Part shown: one piece after another, positions 27,964 to 35,326 of the stretch | Numbering within the stretch: position 1 is the first letter of the stretch | Layout of the letters: every line of letters begins with the position of its first letter | From: an uncultured Thermodesulfobacteriota bacterium | Lineage (GTDB): Bacteria; Desulfobacterota; B13-G15; RBG-16-54-18 | DNA: 48,220 nucleotides | NCBI GenBank assembly: GCA_964565525.1 | Contig: CAZMFG010000001.1 | Location: 1 to 48,220, forward strand | Direction: 5' to 3' | Notes under the pieces: model-generated | Told to the model about the DNA's origin: nothing | Seen by the model: the letters and a program-made list of their open reading frames with translations, nothing else | Database searches by the model: none | Made by a program: the position numbers and the translations under genes

Positions 27964-28055
27964 TTAAGTTCGTCTTTTTGTAACACTCGGTTGGAGTCTG
28001 TATATTTACGGCTCAATCTTCATTGAAGGATCAGCCTTACCAATAATGTTAAGAA
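27964..28055 (-). pseudogene. Relic copy of the 3' end (last ~16 codons, stop, ~42-nt trailer) of a PMM/PGM gene
   Basis: The minus strand reads TGA-KGILNIIGKADPSMKIEP-stop, against the true PMM/PGM C-terminus ..QEVLNIIGKADSSMEVES-stop. In my ungapped hand alignment 75 of 92 positions are identical to 28483..28574, with an offset of exactly 519 nt. Confidence 0.6.
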
Positions 28056-28112
28056 TACCCTTTCACGTTTAGTCATATGTTTGCGGGAGCACTATAACGC
28101 CTATAACAAAGA

Positions 28113-28152
28113 TTAAAAAAGACCGGAGCAAATGTCTATTGGACCTTGGTCT
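28113..28152 (-). terminator. Possible weak intrinsic terminator after the LuxR-type ORF
   Basis: Minus strand: AAGACC..(loop)..GGTCTT followed by TTTTTTAATC. The stem is only 6 bp with a long loop, so this is weak. Confidence 0.3.
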
Positions 28153-28198
28153 TATATGGGGGAAAAGTGGCCGGTGGCACGTGATCAATGATTGCTGT

Positions 28199-28477
28199 CT
28201 ATTCTTTGGTGGGTTTAATGCCCGCCTTCTCGGCCAAGCGGACTAAATCGGCGAGCGAGCCGACGCCAAGCTTCTCAAGGATGCGACCGCGGTGGACCTT
28301 CATCGTCTTCTCGGAGATGCCCAACTCGTACGCAATCTGCTTGTTCAGCATGCCGATGATGACGTAATGAAAGATTTCATATTCGCGCGGGGGGAGCAGT
28401 GCAAGGCGCCCGCGGACCTCATGCACTTCGGCATATTTCACTCTTGCCTGCGTGTCTTGTTCAATCGTCTCCCTCAC
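28199..28477 (-). CDS. LuxR/FixJ-type HTH domain protein (linker + HTH only; possibly a 3' fragment of a response-regulator gene)
   Basis: 92 aa. LPPREYEIFHYVIIGMLNKQIAYELGISEKTMKVHRGRILEKLGV is the GerE/LuxR HTH. There is no receiver domain. The start is a GTG with no Shine-Dalgarno sequence. Sampled lines are about 57-60% GC against about 40-48% in the flanking genes. Confidence 0.55.
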   Translation of the reverse strand: MRETIEQDTQARVKYAEVHEVRGRLALLPPREYEIFHYVIIGMLNKQIAYELGISEKTMKVHRGRILEKLGVGSLADLVRLAEKAGIKPTKE

Positions 28478-28524
28478 CGCTGTTAAGTTAGTCTTTTTGA
28501 AACAATCGGTTGGAAATTATACAT

Positions 28525-29886
28525 CTATGACTCAACCTCCATCGAAGAATCAGCCTTACCAATAATATTAAGCACTTCTTGTTTCTTTTCTTCTTCAGTT
28601 GTTGCGTCGTTCGCTTCCAGATTGAGACGCATGAGGGGCTCTGTGTTGGACGTCCTGAGGTTGAACCACCAGGTATCATATTCTATTGATAATCCATCGA
28701 GATGATCTTTTCTTGCATCGGTATAGTTCGCCTCGAGGGCAGCGAAAACGGCTTCTTTATCCTTTACCTGGATATTGATCTCTCCCGTTGCGTAATATGT
28801 TTGGAGAGGGCGAATCAAGCCTGAGAGCGGCATATTTTTTAAAGATAACAAGTTTAACATCTGAATCATGGTAAAAAGGGCATTGTCGGTAAATCCCATG
28901 TCTTGATAGTAGTAATGCCCGGAAAGTTCGCCGGCAAACAGGGCATTTACTTCTCTCATGGTGGCCTTGATAAAGGCGTGACCTACCCGAGTACGTACCG
29001 CCTTGCCCCCCAGACGGGTAATGGTCTCAGGTACAATGCGGCTTGAACGCAGATCGTAAAGGATTGTTGCCCCTGGCTTCTTTGCTAGGAGGAACTCTGC
29101 AATGAGGGCGGTCACCAGATCCTCAGGGATCCTCTCCCCTTTTTCATCGATAAAGCCGCAACGATCAGCGTCCCCGTCAAATGCCACACCGACATCTGCT
29201 TTTTCCCGACGGACCATGGCCTGCAAATCACGGGTGGCAGCAGGCAGGAGGGGATTGGCAATGTGATGGGGAAAGCTCCCATCCGGTTCCATATAGAGAG
29301 GCACCAGCGTCCAGACGGGAAATTCCTTGAAGAGGGAAAATACCTCAGGCCCGGCCATACCATTTCCCGCATCCACCACAATTTTTAAGGGCTTTGGGTT
29401 GTGGACAAAGCTGCTGAGTTTTGCGATATATTTCTCTGACATATCGAGTTCCTGATAAGAACCATCTGTCGGATGACTTCGCTGTACAGGCAGCTTTTCA
29501 ATAACCAAACGTTCCAGCTCGGGCAGCCCCCGGTCTCCGCTCAAGGGGATGGCCTCTTCCCGGCAGAGCTTTAAGCCGTTCATCCCGCCGGGGAGATGGG
29601 ACGCCGTCACCATGGCTCCACCGTCAAACCGCCCTGCGATGATAGCATAATAGAGCAAAGGGGTGGTGACCATCCCGATATCGGTGACCGCGGCCCCTGA
29701 TGCGACAGCTCCTTCTATAAAGGCCTTGGCAAGCGCTGAGGCAGAAAGCCGCATATCGCGACCGATAACAATGTTCTTGGCATTGAGTAAGCGGACAAAG
29801 GCAGCCCCGATTTTCCTTGCCATCACCTCATCTAATTCATCGGGATAAGAGCCCCGGATATCGTAGGCCTTAAAAATACCTCCCAT
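28525..29886 (-). CDS. Phosphomannomutase/phosphoglucomutase
   Basis: MGGIFKAYDIRGSYPDEL start, TASHLPGGMNGLK active-site serine loop, DGDADRCGF metal loop and GELSGHYYY. Start moved from 30012 to the ATG at 29886: GGAGGC lies upstream, 11 nt after the glgP stop, and this removes a 115-nt overlap with glgP. Confidence 0.9.
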   Translation of the reverse strand: MGGIFKAYDIRGSYPDELDEVMARKIGAAFVRLLNAKNIVIGRDMRLSASALAKAFIEGAVASGAAVTDIGMVTTPLLYYAIIAGRFDGGAMVTASHLPGGMNGLKLCREEAIPLSGDRGLPELERLVIEKLPVQRSHPTDGSYQELDMSEKYIAKLSSFVHNPKPLKIVVDAGNGMAGPEVFSLFKEFPVWTLVPLYMEPDGSFPHHIANPLLPAATRDLQAMVRREKADVGVAFDGDADRCGFIDEKGERIPEDLVTALIAEFLLAKKPGATILYDLRSSRIVPETITRLGGKAVRTRVGHAFIKATMREVNALFAGELSGHYYYQDMGFTDNALFTMIQMLNLLSLKNMPLSGLIRPLQTYYATGEINIQVKDKEAVFAALEANYTDARKDHLDGLSIEYDTWWFNLRTSNTEPLMRLNLEANDATTEEEKKQEVLNIIGKADSSMEVES

Positions 29887-29897
29887 AGTCCTGCCTC

Positions 29898-32027
29898 CTA
29901 TGCCTCCTTCAAGGCTTTGGCGTAAAACTTCTCGATATATTCCTTGACCATCCGCCGCGCGGAAAACCTGGAACCACTGCCTTTTATGGATTCCTTCATG
30001 ACCTTGACCCACCCATGCGGTATACCGTCATCGGAAACCTCGTAATAGAGGGGGATGATCTCCCTTTCCAGAATCTGGTAGATGGCCTCGGCGTCTGCCT
30101 GATCCCTGTTTCCGCTCACTTCTTTCTGACCAAAGGCCCATCCGTTTTTCCCATTGAAGCCCTCCATCCACCAGCCATCCATGATACTCAGGTGGGGCAC
30201 GCCATTTAAGGCAGCCTTCATCCCGCTGGTGCCACTGGCCTCCATAGGGGGGAGGGGATTGTTGAGCCAGACATCCACTCCATGAACCAGGTATTGTGCC
30301 AGTTGTTCTCCATAATCCTCAACAAGGGCGATCCTGCCACCCAATTCTGGATCCAGGGCCGCATTAAATATCCTCTGCAGGATGCGTTTGCCCGGGTCAT
30401 CCGCGGGATGGGCCTTCCCGGCAAAGATGATCTGTATGGGACGCCAACGGTCATTGAGGAGTTTTTTTAAACGCTCGATATCATAAAAGATGAGGTCCGC
30501 CCTCTTGTAGGTCGCAAACCTACGGGCAAAACCCAGGGTCAATACCGAGTGATCCAACAACGTTCCACCGGCGCGCACGACCGATAGGTTGACATGATCC
30601 GTTACCCAGCGTTGACGTATGCGTTCACGAATCGCGTCGATCAACTTGATTTTTAACCAATAATGAGTCTTCCACAACTCCTCATCGGGTACCTCGTCGA
30701 TCAGCTTCCAGAGGGCCTCGTTATCATGATCCGCCAACCAGGTGGGGCCGAGATACGTATTAAAGAGGAGCTCCATCTTCGGTTCTATCCAGGTGGGAAC
30801 GTGCACACCGTTGGTTACATAATCGATGGGAACCTTCTGCTCCGGTATCTCGGGCCAGAGGGACTGCCACATCTGACGGGCCACTTCTCCATGGCGTTTG
30901 CTGACACCATTGTGATGGCCGGATAACCTGAGGGCAAAGGCCGTCATATTAAAACCCGCGTTAGGATCTTTGGGATTGATCCCCAACTGTAAAAAGGTGT
31001 CACGATCCAGCCCTAAGTTCGACCAGTAGGAGCGAAAATATTTTTCTATCAGTTCAAAGGAAAAGACATCATGACCGGCTGGAACCGGCGTGTGGGTCGT
31101 AAACACGGAGGTCTGGCGAACCCGCTGAACAGCCTCCTCATAACGCATCCCCCCCTGCACGCGCTCCCTGATCCGCTCCAACAAGGCAAACGCGGCATGT
31201 CCTTCATTCAGATGGAGGATTGAATGCTTGATGCCCAGGGCATCCAACATTTGGGATCCACCGATGCCCAGTACGATTTCTTGCCGCAACCGCTGCTCTA
31301 TATCGCTGACATACAACCGCTGGGATATCCTTCTGTTCCAGGGATCATTGATTTCTATATCGGTATCCAACAGGTAAAGGGGTATACGGCCGACAGCTAT
31401 CCGCCATACAGCCACATGGATCGGAGGGTCTATCAAAGGTACCTTGACCACAATCTGGTCTCCGGTTTCGTTGAGGACTCTGAAAATCGACGCTGCATCC
31501 CGATCTAGAGTTTCATTGATGTTCTCCTGCCAGCCGTCCTCTCGGATGTGCTGGCGCAAGTAGCCTTGCGGGTACATAAAGCCTACCGCAACCACAGGGA
31601 CCTTTAAGTCGCTGCATTCCTTGATATAATCACCGGCCAAAAATCCTAATCCACCGGCATAAAACGGCAAGGAATGATGAAGCCCATACTCTGCGGAAAA
31701 ATAGGCAATGGGATAGTGGTTTGGGTCAAGGACATGTTCTGAAAAGTATCCCTCTTGTGCGTCCATATAGTTTCGGAATTCAGCAAGCACCTTATCATAG
31801 TGACGGAGATATTCAGGGTCACGCGCGGCTGATTCCAAAGCTTCTCTGGGAAGCTCTGTAAGCACCTTGACCGGATTATGGCCGCTCTCCTTCCAGACTT
31901 GCCGGTCCAACATCTTGAAAAGCACCCTGGCCGCCGGGTGCCAGCTCCACCAGAGATTCGCGGCCAGATCTCCTAAACCGCTCAACTGCTGTGGGAGATC
32001 GGAGGGTATACCCTGTTTGATTTCCAT
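29898..32027 (-). CDS. glgP: Alpha-glucan (glycogen/maltodextrin) phosphorylase, GT35, short bacterial/archaeal type
   Basis: 709 aa. The N-terminal LGDLAANLWWSWHPAA block is typical of the alpha-glucan phosphorylase subgroup. EASGTSGMKAALNG is the pyridoxal-phosphate Lys region. Confidence 0.9.
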   Translation of the reverse strand: MEIKQGIPSDLPQQLSGLGDLAANLWWSWHPAARVLFKMLDRQVWKESGHNPVKVLTELPREALESAARDPEYLRHYDKVLAEFRNYMDAQEGYFSEHVLDPNHYPIAYFSAEYGLHHSLPFYAGGLGFLAGDYIKECSDLKVPVVAVGFMYPQGYLRQHIREDGWQENINETLDRDAASIFRVLNETGDQIVVKVPLIDPPIHVAVWRIAVGRIPLYLLDTDIEINDPWNRRISQRLYVSDIEQRLRQEIVLGIGGSQMLDALGIKHSILHLNEGHAAFALLERIRERVQGGMRYEEAVQRVRQTSVFTTHTPVPAGHDVFSFELIEKYFRSYWSNLGLDRDTFLQLGINPKDPNAGFNMTAFALRLSGHHNGVSKRHGEVARQMWQSLWPEIPEQKVPIDYVTNGVHVPTWIEPKMELLFNTYLGPTWLADHDNEALWKLIDEVPDEELWKTHYWLKIKLIDAIRERIRQRWVTDHVNLSVVRAGGTLLDHSVLTLGFARRFATYKRADLIFYDIERLKKLLNDRWRPIQIIFAGKAHPADDPGKRILQRIFNAALDPELGGRIALVEDYGEQLAQYLVHGVDVWLNNPLPPMEASGTSGMKAALNGVPHLSIMDGWWMEGFNGKNGWAFGQKEVSGNRDQADAEAIYQILEREIIPLYYEVSDDGIPHGWVKVMKESIKGSGSRFSARRMVKEYIEKFYAKALKEA

Positions 32028-32113
32028 TGGAGTCGCTCCTTCCTGCGCCTCTTGTTCTATTTCAGTTCGATCGACATGGTTTCACACATCATCTTCATTG
32101 ATAGTCTGTCCAC

Positions 32114-32674
32114 CTAGGGCGACGGCGAGACCTCTTGGAAGAAGGAAACCGTCGTGTCCCCGTATCTGCGCTGTTGCGAGAGGACCAGGCCGAGGGGAGG
32201 GATGATTTCTTCCTTCGACGAGTGCTCCGTCACGATAACCCCTGTGGGACTGAGGATTCCCCGTCGGGCGATCTCTTCGATGGTCTTCCCTCCCAGACCC
32301 TTGCCGTAGGGGGGGTCCATGAAGATGAGATCAAAGGCCTCCCCCCTCTCTCCCAAGACCGCTATCCCCCGTTTGGCCGTCAGGGGGAGGATCCATGACC
32401 TCGATTTCAATTCCAGGGCCTTCAAATTCCCTCGGAGTATGGTGAGGGCGCCCTTCCCCTGTTCCACGAAGACCACCTCCTGGGCCCCGCGGCTGAGGGC
32501 CTCTATCCCCAGGGAACCGGTGCCGGCGAACAGATCGAGGACCCGCTGAAAGGTCCACACCGGACCAAGAATATCGAAGATCGCCTCGCGGACGCGGTCG
32601 GAGGTGGGGCGAATCCGCCTCCCCTGGGGGACCAACAGCCTCCTCCCTTTAAATTCCCCTCCGATGATCCTCAT
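32114..32674 (-). CDS. rsmD: 16S rRNA (guanine966-N2)-methyltransferase
   Basis: 186 aa. MRIIGGEFKGRRL start, DLFAGTGSLGIEALSRGA SAM motif and FMDPPYGKG motif. 4-nt overlap with the upstream gene. Confidence 0.85.
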   Translation of the reverse strand: MRIIGGEFKGRRLLVPQGRRIRPTSDRVREAIFDILGPVWTFQRVLDLFAGTGSLGIEALSRGAQEVVFVEQGKGALTILRGNLKALELKSRSWILPLTAKRGIAVLGERGEAFDLIFMDPPYGKGLGGKTIEEIARRGILSPTGVIVTEHSSKEEIIPPLGLVLSQQRRYGDTTVSFFQEVSPSP

Positions 32675-33138
32675 GATCTATCTACGTGTTGTAACCGCTC
32701 CACCACCGCAGCCATGTGTTCGTAGTGGGTCCCGGTCCAATAGATCTTCCGGCACGAGGGACACCGGGAAAATTCGTGGTGGGTATGGTAGATATACTCG
32801 GGGACCTCTTCCTTCGCCTCCTCGGGATCTATCGCCTCCAAGGTGGCGTTACAGACCAGACAGCGGGAAAAGAGCATCTCCTTGTTGACGGGGATGCGAA
32901 AATGTCGCATCACCTCCTGGAGCTGCAGGAAGGGGTTGTCTTCCGCGATCAGCAGTGCCCGCACAGGCCCCTTGCCCTTGTAGAGCTTGGTGTCCTTGGT
33001 GATAAGGGTCCTGCCTTCATCCTGTGCCCGACACAGCAGACCCCGCAGGTCATCGGAGCGCCAATAGACGGTATCGTAGCCCAGGATGCGGAGCCACTTG
33101 GCCAGCTTCCCCACGGTTTTGTCGGCGATAAAGATCAT
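32671..33138 (-). CDS. Mut7-C RNase domain (DUF82, PIN-like) protein with C-terminal zinc ribbon
   Basis: 155 aa. MIFIADKTVGKLAKWLRILGYDTVY start is typical of DUF82. C-terminal CLVCN...CPSCRKIYWTGTHY zinc ribbon. 4-nt overlaps on both sides. Confidence 0.75.
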   Translation of the reverse strand: MIFIADKTVGKLAKWLRILGYDTVYWRSDDLRGLLCRAQDEGRTLITKDTKLYKGKGPVRALLIAEDNPFLQLQEVMRHFRIPVNKEMLFSRCLVCNATLEAIDPEEAKEEVPEYIYHTHHEFSRCPSCRKIYWTGTHYEHMAAVVERLQHVDRS

Positions 33139-34400
33139 CCAGCGGAACGCTTGATCAGGTCAAAGGCCTTCTCGCGGGCCTTTGCCATAATCTCTTCCTC
33201 CCCCTCCACCCGGCCGCCCCGCATGAGGACCCGCCCATCGCAGATCAGGGTATCGATGCAGGAGCCGTTGGCGGCGTAGATGAGGTCTGATGCCAGGTGA
33301 AAATGGGGGGTGAGCTGGGGGTTGTCCAGATCCACCAGGGCGATATCGGCCCACCGCCCTGCTGTGAGGACACCACTTTCCAGTCCGAAGGCCCGGGCAC
33401 CCTGGGAGGTAATCAACTCTAAGGTTTCGGAGGCGGGCATAACGACCGGGCTATTATTGTAAAACTTCTGCAAGAGGGAGGCGAACTTGGCGGTCTCCAG
33501 CATGTCGAGGTTGTTGTTCGAGGAACACCCATCGGTCCCCAGGCACATAATCACCCCGTTGTTTCGTAACTGGGGGTAGGGAAAAACCCCTCCCACGGAG
33601 AGCTTTAAGTTGGAGATAGGGGTATGCACTACCCGTACCTCGTGGGCCTCCAAGATATCCATCTCCTCCTCATCGAGCCAGACGCAGTGGCTGGCAGCGA
33701 GATGCGGACCCAAAAATCCGATCTGCTCCAAGTATTTCACGGGCCGCAACCCATGATCTCGTAGGCACCCCTGGACTTCTTCTTCGGTCTCGGAGAGGTG
33801 AAAGTGAACCAATACCCCCTTTGCGCGGGCGAACTCGGCGCACCACCGCAACGCCTCCTCCGAGACCGTGTAGATGGCATGCGGCCCCAGGGTAAAGGTC
33901 ACGCGGGGCCCGAATGCATCACGGGCTGCATAGAGTTCTTCGTTGAGCGCTATCTGCTCCGCGGCCTTTGACTGATCGAAGAAATCGATGAAAACGGCGC
34001 TTATGGCGGCCCTGATCCCCATCTCCTCAACGGCCCTGGCCGTACCCCGCCAGTGCCAGTACATGTCGTTGAAAAAGGTCGTCCCTGACTTGATCATCTC
34101 CAGGCAGGCCAGCTTGGTCCCCCAGTAGACGTCCTCCTCCGTCATGTGGGCCTCGACAGGCCAGATCTTTGTCTCCAGCCACTCCTGCAGGGGCATATCG
34201 TCGGCATATCCCCGCAGCAGTGTCATGGCGGCGTGGGAGTGCCCGTTGACGAACGAAGGCACGGCAGCCTTCCCCTCACCGGAGATTACCTCTGCGGCCT
34301 TCACCTCCAGCTGATCGCCGATCTCCTTAATCCTGTTCCCCTCGATGAAGATGTCCGTTGTCTGGCCGTTCAAACGTACGCCGGTAATCAAGATACTCAT
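33135..34400 (-). CDS. mtaD: 5'-methylthioadenosine/S-adenosylhomocysteine deaminase (amidohydrolase)
   Basis: 421 aa. PSFVNGHSHAAMTLLRGYADDMPLQEWL, HLSETEEEV and LGTDGCSSNNNLDM are the MtaD/TRZ-ATZ amidohydrolase motifs. Confidence 0.85.
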   Translation of the reverse strand: MSILITGVRLNGQTTDIFIEGNRIKEIGDQLEVKAAEVISGEGKAAVPSFVNGHSHAAMTLLRGYADDMPLQEWLETKIWPVEAHMTEEDVYWGTKLACLEMIKSGTTFFNDMYWHWRGTARAVEEMGIRAAISAVFIDFFDQSKAAEQIALNEELYAARDAFGPRVTFTLGPHAIYTVSEEALRWCAEFARAKGVLVHFHLSETEEEVQGCLRDHGLRPVKYLEQIGFLGPHLAASHCVWLDEEEMDILEAHEVRVVHTPISNLKLSVGGVFPYPQLRNNGVIMCLGTDGCSSNNNLDMLETAKFASLLQKFYNNSPVVMPASETLELITSQGARAFGLESGVLTAGRWADIALVDLDNPQLTPHFHLASDLIYAANGSCIDTLICDGRVLMRGGRVEGEEEIMAKAREKAFDLIKRSAG

Positions 34401-35104
34401 GCCATCTCCTCCATCACATTCATCACGACCTTATTGATCGTGACACCGTTCTCCTGTCCCTGCCGGACGATCTCCTCCTCGGTCAGGGGTGTGTCGATAA
34501 TGCCGTGGCAGTAGTTGTCCACCGAACAGATGCTGGCGTAGGCCAACTCCATCTCTTGGCAGAGGGTGGCCTCGTGGGCCATGGTCATCCCCACCACGTG
34601 GCCGAGGTTTTTCAGCATGGCGATCTCCGCCTTGGTCTCCAGGCGGGGGCCGATGGTCTGGATATAGACCCCCTCCGGGGCAAAGGCCACCCCCGACCCC
34701 TGGGCGGCCTTGATCAGTTGTCCCCTGAGCCGTGCATCCAAAGCAGGGGTGATGTGCACGACACGGTCTTCGTAAAAGGTCGGCATCGCCCAGGGGCTGA
34801 GATAGTCGTGGGGGATCACGATCCATCCGGGGGGGATCTCCTTCCTGAGGCTCCCCACCGAGTTGACCCCGATCACCTCAGTCACCTCCAGTTTTTTGAG
34901 GGCGTAGATGTTGGCGCGGTGGTTGATGCGGTGCGGTGGAATCCCCTGGGCCCCGTGGCGAGGGAGGAACACCAAGCTTCTACCCCCCAGACGACCGATG
35001 GTGAAAGAATCAGACGGCGCCCCATAGGGTGTTTTCATCACCGTTGTCTCCGTTATCTCCATCCCCTCAGGGGAGAAATTGCCCCCTGCGATGATCCCTA
35101 GCAT
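34397..35104 (-). CDS. MTAP-family purine nucleoside phosphorylase (methylthioadenosine or methylthioinosine phosphorylase)
   Basis: 235 aa. FLPRHGAQGIPPHRINHRANIYALKKLEVTEVIGVNSVGSL and GPRLETKAEI..VGMTMAHEATLCQE. First gene of a four-gene run with 4-nt overlaps. Confidence 0.85.
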   Translation of the reverse strand: MLGIIAGGNFSPEGMEITETTVMKTPYGAPSDSFTIGRLGGRSLVFLPRHGAQGIPPHRINHRANIYALKKLEVTEVIGVNSVGSLRKEIPPGWIVIPHDYLSPWAMPTFYEDRVVHITPALDARLRGQLIKAAQGSGVAFAPEGVYIQTIGPRLETKAEIAMLKNLGHVVGMTMAHEATLCQEMELAYASICSVDNYCHGIIDTPLTEEEIVRQGQENGVTINKVVMNVMEEMA

Positions 35105-35125
35105 TACCCCTCCTTCTCACAGAAC

Positions 35126-35155
35126 ATAATACGAGAAAGGGGAAGGGGTTGTCAA
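35126..35155 (-). promoter_or_regulatory. Sigma-70-type promoter candidate for the MTAP-mtaD-Mut7C-rsmD operon
   Basis: Minus strand: TTGACA (35155..35150), 18 nt, TATTAT (35131..35126), then about 21 nt containing GAAGGAGG before the ATG at 35104. Confidence 0.4.
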
Positions 35156-35272
35156 TTTTACCACGTTGAGCGTTCCGGCTTGAGACTTCGGCGTAAGCCC
35201 CATTCGGACCGAACACAGTCGAACGCTTGAGTCGAAGGCATATCCTGGTCTTCAGGCCGGAGAGTCGAAAGG

Positions 35273-35301
35273 TTGACTCACCTCCGGCGAAGATATATAT
35301 T
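35273..35301 (+). promoter_or_regulatory. Sigma-70-type promoter candidate for the DUF362/polyferredoxin genes
   Basis: TTGACT (35273..35278), 17 nt, TATATT (35296..35301). AAGGAGAG RBS precedes the ATG at 35327. Confidence 0.45.
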
Positions 35302-35326
35302 TAAAGTAACTTAAGAAAGGAGAGAG

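Noticed and set aside
28175-28195. Sigma-54-like TGGCAC ... TTGC element.
   Set aside because: The spacing is 11 nt instead of the required 5 nt between TGGCAC and TTGC. It is also on the plus strand, where no gene follows.
27964-28574. Template-repeat/variable-repeat pair of a diversity-generating retroelement. The repeat overlaps a gene 3' end, as DGR variable regions do.
   Set aside because: The 17 mismatches include C/T, A/G, A/C and A/T changes in both directions, not substitutions confined to adenines of one copy. No reverse transcriptase gene is present in the window. One copy is a dead fragment behind a stop codon.
28525-30012. Track start of the PMM/PGM ORF at 30012, which would overlap glgP by 115 nt.
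   Set aside because: The first 42 residues (MGQGHEGIHKRQWFQVF...) are not PMM-like. The conserved MGGIFKAYDIRG start at 29886 has a GGAGG RBS and sits 11 nt after the glgP stop.
35105-35326. Riboswitch (SAM/SAH or Moco type) in the spacer between the MTAP operon and the DUF362 gene. I also considered one in 11556..11976.
   Set aside because: I could not match any riboswitch consensus from memory. Both flanking genes have promoter candidates so close to their start codons that the repeated core would not lie in either leader. An Rfam scan is needed to settle it.
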